Assembly (NCBI GenBank): GCA_964581225.1
Contig: CAZONJ010000005.1
Location: forward strand, 3,394 to 67,393
Direction: 5' to 3'
DNA length: 64,000 nucleotides
Origin: an uncultured Terriglobales bacterium
GTDB taxonomy: Bacteria > Acidobacteriota > Terriglobia > Terriglobales > Acidobacteriaceae
Shown: one piece after another, positions 54,893-62,993 of the stretch
Layout of the letters: the number at the start of each line of letters is the position of its first letter
Position numbering within the stretch: position 1 is the stretch's first letter
Position numbers and translations under genes: made by a program
The notes under the pieces: generated by a model
Seen by the model: the letters and a program-made list of their open reading frames with translations, nothing else
Databases searched by the model: none
Told to the model about the DNA's origin: nothing

Positions 54893-54956
54893 CAAAGTAA
54901 TAGACCAACAATGAGGACGGGCAAGATATTGCCGCGGTAAATTCCGCTACCCGGAG

Positions 54957-56042
54957 TTGAAATGCATGGGTGATAATCAAAGGATGCAATCCTCCCATGC
55001 TTTCTTTTTCCGCTTGGTTGTCATCGGGCAGACATGCTCTCTGCTGCTGGTTTTAACGGCAGTGTCGGCATGTGCCAAATCCAGCGGCCATGGCGCTTCC
55101 AGTGGCAGTGACGCTGCTCAAAGTCCAGCGGCTTCTCCGGCAGCAAAGGAAGATTTGGGACCATCATTGCCGGAGCTGCGCGTGAATGCCCAGCGCGCCA
55201 TGCAATACACCCGGGAGATCGTCGCCTTAGGCTCGCGTCCCGTAGGCAGCGAGGCGCATAAGAAGCTTGAGGGATACATTCACAGTCATCTGAAGGGCGC
55301 GCAGGTGGAAGACGACCTCTTTACCGACAAAACTCCCGCCGGCGCCTTCAGGATGAACAACATCATTGCGAGGTTCCCGGGCAGCCGGCCAGGCGTGATC
55401 GTGCTGGGATCGCATTACGACACCAATTATCCATTGCCGAAGACGTATGTGGGCGCGAATGATGGCGGCTCCAGCACCGGCCTGTTGCTCGAATTCGCTA
55501 ACCTGCTGCGCGAGCAAAGCAAGGGCAAGCCGCTCGCTGGATATAGCGTCTGGCTGGTCTTTTTCGATGGCGAAGAGGCTTTTCAGCAATGGTCGGCAAC
55601 GGACAGCCTTTACGGCAGCCGTCACTTGGCGGAAAAATGGAAGCAGGACGGGACCCTGCCGCAGGTCAAAGCTCTGTTGCTCGCGGACATGATTGGCGAC
55701 GCCGACCTCAACATCGAGCATGACGGCAACTCCAATCCCCAGCTTGAGCAGCTTGTCTATAAGGCCGCTACTCAGCTCGGATACCAATCGCATTTCTTTG
55801 CTCGAAATACCGCGATTGAGGACGATCATCTGCCCTTCGCGCGCCTGGGCGTGCCGGTCGCCGACTTTATCGACCTCGACTATGGATACAACAATGTCTT
55901 CCATCACACCCCGGAAGACACCCTGGACAAGCTGAGCCCAAAGAGCATCCAGATCAGCGGGGACGTCATGCTGGAGACGGTCCATCTATTCGAGGCCGAG
56001 GGCCTGCCTCCGCTACAGCCCGCGCGAGGCACGGGTGATTAA
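54957..56042 (+). CDS. M28-family zinc peptidase (glutaminyl-cyclase-like), probable lipoprotein
   Basis: Lipobox-like LTAVSAC, GSHYDT, NDGGSSTGLLLE, FFDGEE and DDHLPF metal/active-site regions. Confidence 0.75.
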   Translation: MKCMGDNQRMQSSHAFFFRLVVIGQTCSLLLVLTAVSACAKSSGHGASSGSDAAQSPAASPAAKEDLGPSLPELRVNAQRAMQYTREIVALGSRPVGSEAHKKLEGYIHSHLKGAQVEDDLFTDKTPAGAFRMNNIIARFPGSRPGVIVLGSHYDTNYPLPKTYVGANDGGSSTGLLLEFANLLREQSKGKPLAGYSVWLVFFDGEEAFQQWSATDSLYGSRHLAEKWKQDGTLPQVKALLLADMIGDADLNIEHDGNSNPQLEQLVYKAATQLGYQSHFFARNTAIEDDHLPFARLGVPVADFIDLDYGYNNVFHHTPEDTLDKLSPKSIQISGDVMLETVHLFEAEGLPPLQPARGTGD

Positions 56043-56899
56043 GCCACTTCGGGCTTCTCGCCGGGCTGGCCGCCTGGCTTCATGCTTTCGCGCTTGATAT
56101 AAACCTCGCCCGCCCTGATCTCGATTGGGTAAGTCGTAATTTTATCTTTGGCCGGTCCAGCGACTACCCGGCCGGAGCGAACATCGAATTGCGAGCCATG
56201 CCACGGACACTGGATGGTACAGCCGACCAGCGCCCCATCCGAGAGCGGTCCGCCTCTATGCGTGCAATGATCGCTGAAGGCGACCATGCCCTCGCTGCAG
56301 CGCGCAACCACGATCCGCTCATTCTGTATCTTTGCCAGCAGTACCTGGCCATCGCCTAACTCGCTCTGATTGCACACCGGACGGTCCCAGCCATCAAGCG
56401 TGCGCTCTTTGAGTTGTCCGGCGTTGGCATAACGACGGTCGACGCCAATCTGGTTGCGGTAGCTGAGGGTGCCGCCCAGCCAGCCTGAAACTGCGAGCGC
56501 TGCAATCGCGAGGGTGCCGATGGTAAGCTCCAGGCCGGTGGGAGGACTGGCCGCATGTCCTCTGCGGATGGCAATCACCAGGAATGCGAGCAGCACGCAG
56601 ACATTCAGGATTCCATGCACGGCCCCGCGCTTTTTGGCGCTCGATTGCGGAGGGACGACCGCAAAGTAGTCGATGGTCCCGGCGATAGCGGCGCACGCCG
56701 CCCCTACGATGCCGGCGATTGCGCAATAAAAGCTGGCCGCGCCAAGCATCGCGTCGTGGCTGCTGATGGCAATGATGTCGAAGACCCAGCTTCCAATCCA
56801 TAGCCCTAAAGGAAGAACTACCAGCATGGGGTGCAGCGGATGAGATGAAATCTTTGCTCTTGATCGCATGAAATGGTCCTTACCCGGCAGGAACTTCAT
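56039..56899 (-). CDS. Membrane DUF2231 domain fused to a Rieske [2Fe-2S] domain
   Basis: The N-terminal half has about 4 TM helices with HPLHPMLVVLPLGLW. The C-terminal half has CTHRGGPL...CPWHGSQF (CxH...CxxH). Confidence 0.7.
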   Translation of the reverse strand: MKFLPGKDHFMRSRAKISSHPLHPMLVVLPLGLWIGSWVFDIIAISSHDAMLGAASFYCAIAGIVGAACAAIAGTIDYFAVVPPQSSAKKRGAVHGILNVCVLLAFLVIAIRRGHAASPPTGLELTIGTLAIAALAVSGWLGGTLSYRNQIGVDRRYANAGQLKERTLDGWDRPVCNQSELGDGQVLLAKIQNERIVVARCSEGMVAFSDHCTHRGGPLSDGALVGCTIQCPWHGSQFDVRSGRVVAGPAKDKITTYPIEIRAGEVYIKRESMKPGGQPGEKPEVA

Positions 56900-57064
56900 C
56901 TACCCGCCTTCTTAAGGGATTATGAAAGTAGCTCGCGGGATGGCCGGACTGCCCCAATTTGTGGGCCGCCACGCCGAACAGGCAATTATCTCGCTTTTCA
57001 CGCTCGCCCGATGCCCCTCTCCAAGCTGCACGAAAATTGCAGCGGCTGATAGTCTTATCTGGGA

Positions 57065-57991
57065 ATGCCGCACACCATCTACTTCTGGATTGCATTCAAC
57101 GTATTTATCGTCCTGATGCTGCTGCTCGATTTGGGCGTGCTGCACCGCTCCGCCCGGATCATGCGAGTCAAAGAGGCCTTTGGCTGGAGCGTCTTCTGGA
57201 TCGTCCTCGCGGCTGCCTTTGCGGCGCTGATCTACTGGTTGCAGGGCAGCCGGGCGACCCTGGACTTTATTACCGGATATCTGGTGGAAGAGTCCCTGAG
57301 CGTAGACAATCTTTTCATTTTCATCCTCCTCTTCCAATATTTTCGTGTGCCCCGCGAGCACCAGTACAAAGTGCTTTTCTGGGGCATTATCGGCGCACTC
57401 CTCATGCGCCTGGCATTTATCGTCATCGGCGTGACCGCCATCCGCAGATTTCATTTTATCGTTTACCTGTTTGGGGCTTTGCTGGTTTACAGCGGAATCA
57501 ACCTCTTTTCGGAGAAGGAGCGCGAGGTCCATCCTGAGAACAATCCGCTCCTGAAACTGTTTCGCCGTTACTTTCCGGTCACCGAAAACTATGCAGGAGA
57601 GAGCTTCTTCGTGCGCCGCGCCGGACGCAGCCTTGCCACGCCGTTGTTCCTGGTTTTGCTGGTGGTCGAAACCACAGACTTGCTCTTTGCCGTCGATTCC
57701 ATTCCTGCTGTGCTGGCCATTACCCGCGACGCTTTCATCGTGTATACATCCAACGTCTTCGCCATCCTCGGCTTGCGCTCGCTGTATTTTGCGCTCTCCG
57801 GATTGATGACCTTGTTCCACTACCTGAACTACGGACTGGCAGCGGTCCTGGTCTTTGTGGGGGCCAAGATGCTGCTCTCGCATTATTATGATTTGCCTAC
57901 GGCGCTGGTCCTGCCGGCGATTGCAGGCGTGCTCGCCCTCTCCATCGTCGCCTCATTGATCTGGCCGGAGAAAAAGGAAATGGCTCCGTAA
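57065..57991 (+). CDS. terC: TerC/Alx-family integral membrane protein
   Basis: FITGYLVEESLSVDNLFIFILLF and LVVETTDLLFAVDSIPAVLAIT, the paired TerC repeat motifs. Confidence 0.85.
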   Translation: MPHTIYFWIAFNVFIVLMLLLDLGVLHRSARIMRVKEAFGWSVFWIVLAAAFAALIYWLQGSRATLDFITGYLVEESLSVDNLFIFILLFQYFRVPREHQYKVLFWGIIGALLMRLAFIVIGVTAIRRFHFIVYLFGALLVYSGINLFSEKEREVHPENNPLLKLFRRYFPVTENYAGESFFVRRAGRSLATPLFLVLLVVETTDLLFAVDSIPAVLAITRDAFIVYTSNVFAILGLRSLYFALSGLMTLFHYLNYGLAAVLVFVGAKMLLSHYYDLPTALVLPAIAGVLALSIVASLIWPEKKEMAP

Positions 57992-58070
57992 AAATGCCCT
58001 TGGTCGTGCCGGAAAGCGCAATAAACAGTTCGGCTTTCAGCCGCGGCCATCAAATAGCTCCATCTGCTTT

Positions 58071-58296
58071 TGTCATTCCGAAGCGCAGCGAGGAATCCCT
58101 ATCGTACTGAAGACATGTATCAGGGCAGGGTTTTAACCCTGCCGAAAACTCGGGGTCCTTCGACTTGCGCTTGGCTCGCAAGCTCGCCTCGCGCGGCGCT
58201 CAAGATGACAAAATTAGAGAGAATCGGAATGACGAGGGCTGGGTGGATTTTAAAAGCGGGATCTTGTGAAACTGGAAACCTGAAACTCGAAACTGC
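58071..58296. repeat. Composite intergenic repeat, copy B (REP/MITE-like, with imperfect terminal inverted units)
   Basis: The left unit TGTCATTCCGAAGCGCAGCGAGG (58071-58093) is an imperfect inverted copy of the right unit CCTCGCGCGGCGCTCAAGATGACA (58187-58210). There is an internal hairpin GGCAGGG-ttttaa-CCCTGCC (58124-58143). The shared core 58152-58215 has an 8-nt insertion relative to copy A. The GAAAC heptad module is at 58268-58296. Confidence 0.85.
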
Positions 58297-58304
58297 CTTT
58301 ATAA

Positions 58305-59903
58305 CTACTCAAACTCAATCTTCTCCCCGTCAAGCACCGAATGCTTCCGGAAGCGACCGTCATCACGATCAGGAAAATCGGTGCGATAATGCGCGCCCCG
58401 GCTTTCAGTGCGGGCGATGGCAAAGCGGCATACCAGTTCAGCGATGGCGGCCAGGTTTGCCGCTTCGATCTGCCGCCGGTTGTTGAGGGCCTGGAATGTA
58501 GCTCTCCACTCCTGGATTTGCTGCATCGCCTTCGCCAGTCCCGCTCCATCGCGAATCACTCCGGCTTTGCTCCACATCAGGCTTTGCAGTTCGCGGACCG
58601 GAATGACCTTGTCCTCTGCGGGGAATGGCGCCGGCCAGGCGGCAACTTTGCTGTGCGTAACCGCCCCTAGCTCGTTGCGCATCGCCCGCGCCGCCCGCGC
58701 CCCAAATACGAGGCCTTCCAGCAACGAATTGCTGGCCAGGCGGTTCGCGCCATGTACCCCGGTGCAGGCGGTCTCCCCTGCCGCATACAGACCGGGCACG
58801 CTGCTTGTTCCATCAAGATCGGTTTTCACCCCGCCCATCAGGTAATGCGCTGCCGGTCTTACCGGAATCAGGTCGGTAGCAATGTCCAGCTTGTATTGCA
58901 TGCAGGTGCTGTAAATGCGAGGAAAGCGCGAGCGCAGCCGCTCCGCATCCAGATGCCGCATGTCGAGGTACACCACTGCTGGATGCTTCCTGCTGCGTTC
59001 AAGTTCGCGAACGATCGCGCGCGCCACCACATCGCGTGGGGCCAGTTCGGCGAGTGGGTGGTAATTTCCCATGAAGCGCTCCAGCTCGGAGTTTCGCAGC
59101 AGCGCTCCTTCTCCACGCAATGCCTCGGAGAGCAGGAAGCGGGGAGCGCCTTCCACACTGAGCGCGGTCGGATGAAATTGGAAGAACTCCATGTCGCTGA
59201 TCGCAGCGCCGGCGCGATGGGCCATCGCGATTCCGTCACCGGTTGCCACCGGCGGGTTGGTAGTATCGCTATAGACCTGTCCCGCCCCTCCGCTGGCCAG
59301 CAGCACAGCAGAAGCGCGCACCAGTCTTCGCTTCCCTTTACTTTCGGAAGCGCCATCGGCAGCTCCGCCCGGCGGGGTAGTAGGAATCAGCAGGACGCCT
59401 TCCACTCGCTCCCCCGGCTTCCACAGATCGGCGGTAAATTCAAATTCGCAAAATTGGATATTGGAGAGGGTCTTGGCCTTGGCGAGGAGCGCCCGCCCAA
59501 TCTCCCGTCCCGTGGAATCGCCATGGGCATGCAGGATGCGCGAACGGCTGTGCGCGGCTTCGCGGGTAAAAGTAAGCCGCGTGCCCTCGCGGTCGAAGCC
59601 GGTCCCCCACGCAATCAGCTCCTGAATGCGGGGCGGTCCCTCCTCTACCAGGATCTTCGCCGCCTCCACATTCACCAATCCATCTCCCGCATCCAGCGTG
59701 TCCTGCAGATGCAAGCCGACTTCATCTTCGTCGCTCAGGGCGACTGCGATCCCCCCTTGGGCATACTGCGTGTTGGATTCGGTGAGCTCCTGTTTCGTGA
59801 CCACCAGTACCCGGCCGGCTTCGGCCAGCTCGATGGCGGAGCGCAATCCCGCGATGCCGCCGCCCACCACAACGAAATCCGTTTCTTCCTGGTGGAGATT
59901 CAT
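58305..59903 (-). CDS. nadB: L-aspartate oxidase
   Basis: DFVVVGGGIAGL FAD fold, HYLMGGV, ACTGVHGANRLASNSLLE and RGAHYRTDFP. Confidence 0.9.
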   Translation of the reverse strand: MNLHQEETDFVVVGGGIAGLRSAIELAEAGRVLVVTKQELTESNTQYAQGGIAVALSDEDEVGLHLQDTLDAGDGLVNVEAAKILVEEGPPRIQELIAWGTGFDREGTRLTFTREAAHSRSRILHAHGDSTGREIGRALLAKAKTLSNIQFCEFEFTADLWKPGERVEGVLLIPTTPPGGAADGASESKGKRRLVRASAVLLASGGAGQVYSDTTNPPVATGDGIAMAHRAGAAISDMEFFQFHPTALSVEGAPRFLLSEALRGEGALLRNSELERFMGNYHPLAELAPRDVVARAIVRELERSRKHPAVVYLDMRHLDAERLRSRFPRIYSTCMQYKLDIATDLIPVRPAAHYLMGGVKTDLDGTSSVPGLYAAGETACTGVHGANRLASNSLLEGLVFGARAARAMRNELGAVTHSKVAAWPAPFPAEDKVIPVRELQSLMWSKAGVIRDGAGLAKAMQQIQEWRATFQALNNRRQIEAANLAAIAELVCRFAIARTESRGAHYRTDFPDRDDGRFRKHSVLDGEKIEFE

Positions 59904-59994
59904 GGATCAAAACGATGGTAGCATGCGCGGTCCGAGGCGCGATTTAGCGGGAAATGCCTGAAAGAAAGCCCGCCGTGCGCTATGATAAATTTTC

Positions 59995-61095
59995 GTGAAA
60001 AAAATTCCAGTTCGCCTGAAGCAATCTCCCTATGAAGTCCTGATTGAGCGCGGAGCGCTCCAGCGCGTAGGCAAGCTTGTCTCCAAGCTGCTGCCGGCGC
60101 GAACTTCCCACTGCTTCATCGTTACCGTGGATTCGGTATGGAAGCATTGGGGAGAACGTCTTTCGCAGTCACTGGAAAAAGCGCAGATCCGGCATACCAA
60201 GCTGGAGGTCCCGGACGGAGAGCGCTACAAGGGTCTCTCCATTGTCGAGCGCCTTGCCGAACAGCTGGCGGAAAATCATGCCGACCGCCAATCAGTGGTG
60301 CTGGCATTTGGCGGCGGGGTCATCGGCGACATGGCCGGGCTGCTCGCCTCGCTTTATATGCGCGGGATTTCCCTGGTGCAGATTCCTACCACCTTGCTGG
60401 CCCAGGTGGACGCCTCGATTGGAGGCAAGACCGGCGTGAACCTCAAAGCCGGCAAAAATCTGGTTGGGACCTTCAAGCAGCCGCTTGCCGTGATTATCGA
60501 TCCTGAAGTTTTGCGCACCTTGCCCGAACGGGAGTTCCGCTCCGGACTGTTTGAAGCCATCAAGTGTGGGATCATCCGTCACCGCAAACTGTTCGATTTT
60601 ATGGTGGAATGCCGCAACGAGATATTGCAGCAGGACCCGTCGTCGCTGGAGCGCCTGATCGCCGATTCCGTGCAGATCAAAGCCGACGTAGTGGCGGCGG
60701 ATGAAAAGGAATTGGACCTGCGCCGCATCCTTAATTTTGGCCATACCGTCGGCCATGCCCTGGAAGCCGATACCTCGTATAAGCACTTCCTCCATGGAGA
60801 GGCCGTCGCCTGGGGGATGGCCGCAGCGGCAATGATCGGCGTTGCCGTGCAGAAGACCAGCTCCGAGGTGGCGCGCAACATCGTCTCTGCCGTGCTGGCA
60901 TATTCGCCGCTGCCTGAAGTCAACAGCCGAGGCGTAGACATCGCGGAAATACTCATGTCAGACAAGAAGACGGTCGGCGGCACTCCGCATTTTGTGCTGG
61001 CAAGAGAGATTGGCAAAGTCGAAATCTACAATAAAGTCCCCAAAGAGACCGTGATGCACGCGGTCGAGCAGCTGCGCTATCTTTCGCGGACGTGA
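59995..61095 (+). CDS. aroB: 3-dehydroquinate synthase
   Basis: LAFGGGVIGDMAG, DASIGGKTGVN and NFGHTVGHALE...HGEAVAWGM. GTG start. Confidence 0.9.
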   Translation: MKKIPVRLKQSPYEVLIERGALQRVGKLVSKLLPARTSHCFIVTVDSVWKHWGERLSQSLEKAQIRHTKLEVPDGERYKGLSIVERLAEQLAENHADRQSVVLAFGGGVIGDMAGLLASLYMRGISLVQIPTTLLAQVDASIGGKTGVNLKAGKNLVGTFKQPLAVIIDPEVLRTLPEREFRSGLFEAIKCGIIRHRKLFDFMVECRNEILQQDPSSLERLIADSVQIKADVVAADEKELDLRRILNFGHTVGHALEADTSYKHFLHGEAVAWGMAAAAMIGVAVQKTSSEVARNIVSAVLAYSPLPEVNSRGVDIAEILMSDKKTVGGTPHFVLAREIGKVEIYNKVPKETVMHAVEQLRYLSRT

Positions 61096-61865
61096 CGTTC
61101 ATGGCGCCCGAATCCCACCCCACAAATAGGACTCCGGTCATTGGCGCAGCTCCGGCAGGCACGGTCAATGAGCAATCCGCCGCCCAGGCAGTGCGTCAGA
61201 TGTTCGATGAAATCGCGCCCCGCTACGACCTGCTGAACCACGTTCTCTCCTGCAATATTGACCGGCTCTGGTGGTGGCGCGTGGCCCGCGCCTTTTCTCA
61301 TATCCTGCGCCGGGAGAATTCACAGGTGCTGGACTTGTGCTGCGGCACCGGGGACATGGCCGCCGCCCTCCGCCGCCAGACCCGCAACCGCCGCCCATTG
61401 TACGCCGCCGATTTTTCCCATGGAATGCTTACGCGGGGAAAACAAAAGTTTGCCGCTCATCGCATTCTCGCCATCGAGGCCGATGCCTTGCAGTTGCCCT
61501 TCCCCAACGCCCGATTCGATCTGGTGACCTCCGCCTTCGGCTTTCGCAATCTCTCCAACTACGATCGCGGGCTGCGGGAGATCCACCGCGTGCTGCGCGA
61601 TGGAGGAGAGATCGGCATTCTCGATTTCAGTGAACCGGGCGGGCTCTTCGGGAAGATATATCAAGTCTATTTCCGCCAGGTATTACCCAGGGTGGGCGCG
61701 CTTATCTCGGGTGTCAAAGGGCCATACTCGTACCTGCCTGCATCGGTAGAGCGGTTTCCTGCTCCTTCGGAGATGCTGCAACGTATGCGCGCCGCAGGAT
61801 TTCGTGCTCCCTCATGGCAGCCGTACAGCTTCGGCATTGCCGGACTTTATCGCGCGCAGAAATAA
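61092..61865 (+). CDS. ubiE: Demethylmenaquinone methyltransferase (UbiE/MenG family)
   Basis: FDEIAPRYDLLNHVLS, VLDLCCGTGD (SAM motif I) and FGFRN. The GTGA start/stop overlap with aroB applies if the GTG at 61092 is used (alternative ATG at 61101). Confidence 0.85.
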   Translation: MTFMAPESHPTNRTPVIGAAPAGTVNEQSAAQAVRQMFDEIAPRYDLLNHVLSCNIDRLWWWRVARAFSHILRRENSQVLDLCCGTGDMAAALRRQTRNRRPLYAADFSHGMLTRGKQKFAAHRILAIEADALQLPFPNARFDLVTSAFGFRNLSNYDRGLREIHRVLRDGGEIGILDFSEPGGLFGKIYQVYFRQVLPRVGALISGVKGPYSYLPASVERFPAPSEMLQRMRAAGFRAPSWQPYSFGIAGLYRAQK

Positions 61866-61913
61866 GCCTCGGAAAAACGTGATCCGGCTTATCGTGATCT
61901 GAAGCGCCCTCGA

Positions 61914-62993
61914 TCAGCTTACCTGCGCGTTTGCCGCGCGGATGCTATCGGCCACGCTGTCCTTTAATGCTTCCTCATTGGTGAAACGGATGATCTCGTT
62001 GTAATTCGGCCCGAGAAATTTTCTCAGGCGAGCGGTCTCCATCGTATAGGAGCCAACGACATAGGGGAATGCGTCGGGTGGGACAGAAGAAATTCCCATG
62101 GACCACATGAGCTTGATCACCGCGTGGCAAAGCGCGCGCGTAGGCAGTCGCAGTATTTTGGCCTTGGCCAGGAGCGCGCATTGGGCGATGGTGAGCGCGT
62201 CGCCGCGTCCCGCCACATTCAGGACCGTCACTTTTTCAGCGGGCTGTGCATGCCGGAGCAGAAAAGCGATCAGCCTCGCCACATCGTCGACATGGATGAA
62301 TTGCAGCTTGTGCTTGAGATATCTCTTGCCCACCGGCAACAGCAGCGGAAGACGTTTTTCTTTTCGCCGCAGACGGCGGGCCAGAAAGCCATTGCCAAAG
62401 GCCGTGCCGCGCAAAGCTCCAACCATATAATTCTGCATCGTCGCGCCGGCAAAAATGTGCGGTCGCAACAAAAATACCCTGCACTGCCCCAGGCCTCCGG
62501 CCCGCGACCGGACCACCTCATCCGCCTCTTTCTTATGCACCGCATAAGTCAGGGTGTGAGCTTGCAGCGGAGAGCTTTCGTCCACCGGCCTCTCCAGATC
62601 GGGTCCATACGCGGAGACGCTGCTCAGATGGATCAGCTTGCCCACGTTCCCGCCCATGCGATTGGCTTCGGCAATTGCCTCCAATACCCGCGCCGTGCCG
62701 GCTACATTGATTCGCCACATCCGCTCGCGGTCCAGGATTCCGGTGCGCAGGGGATCCACCACAAACGCCAGGTGGACGACCGCCTGCACCCGATCCTCGA
62801 TAAGAAGTTTTGCCAGCTCCGAGCACGAAGACTCTTGGCCAAGATCGATCTGCCGGAAGAGATAGCTGGGCGACGGCTGGGGCCATTGGAAATCTACACC
62901 AATGATCTTGAAGCCGCCTAGCAATGGAGTAAGGCGGCTGCCTAAGTTTCCTGCCACTCCCGTAATCAATACCGTTGGCGTAGAAGTGGACAT
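61914..62993 (-). CDS. NAD-dependent epimerase/dehydratase-family (extended SDR) protein
   Basis: LITGVAGNLGSRL (GxxGxxG) and YAVHKKEAD (YxxxK). Confidence 0.7.
   Translation of the reverse strand: MSTSTPTVLITGVAGNLGSRLTPLLGGFKIIGVDFQWPQPSPSYLFRQIDLGQESSCSELAKLLIEDRVQAVVHLAFVVDPLRTGILDRERMWRINVAGTARVLEAIAEANRMGGNVGKLIHLSSVSAYGPDLERPVDESSPLQAHTLTYAVHKKEADEVVRSRAGGLGQCRVFLLRPHIFAGATMQNYMVGALRGTAFGNGFLARRLRRKEKRLPLLLPVGKRYLKHKLQFIHVDDVARLIAFLLRHAQPAEKVTVLNVAGRGDALTIAQCALLAKAKILRLPTRALCHAVIKLMWSMGISSVPPDAFPYVVGSYTMETARLRKFLGPNYNEIIRFTNEEALKDSVADSIRAANAQVS

Noticed and set aside
56900-57064. Possible yybP-ykoY (Mn2+) riboswitch upstream of terC
   Set aside because: TerC/Alx genes often carry this leader. 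I could not find the conserved GGGGAGUAG or UUGACAUA elements or a convincing four-way junction by eye. A covariance-model scan (Rfam RF00080) would be decisive.
58070-58486. 138-aa + strand ORF (MSFRSAARNPYRTEDMYQG...)
   Set aside because: It is translated from the intergenic repeat element and then runs antisense into nadB. It is an artefact of the repeat, not a gene.
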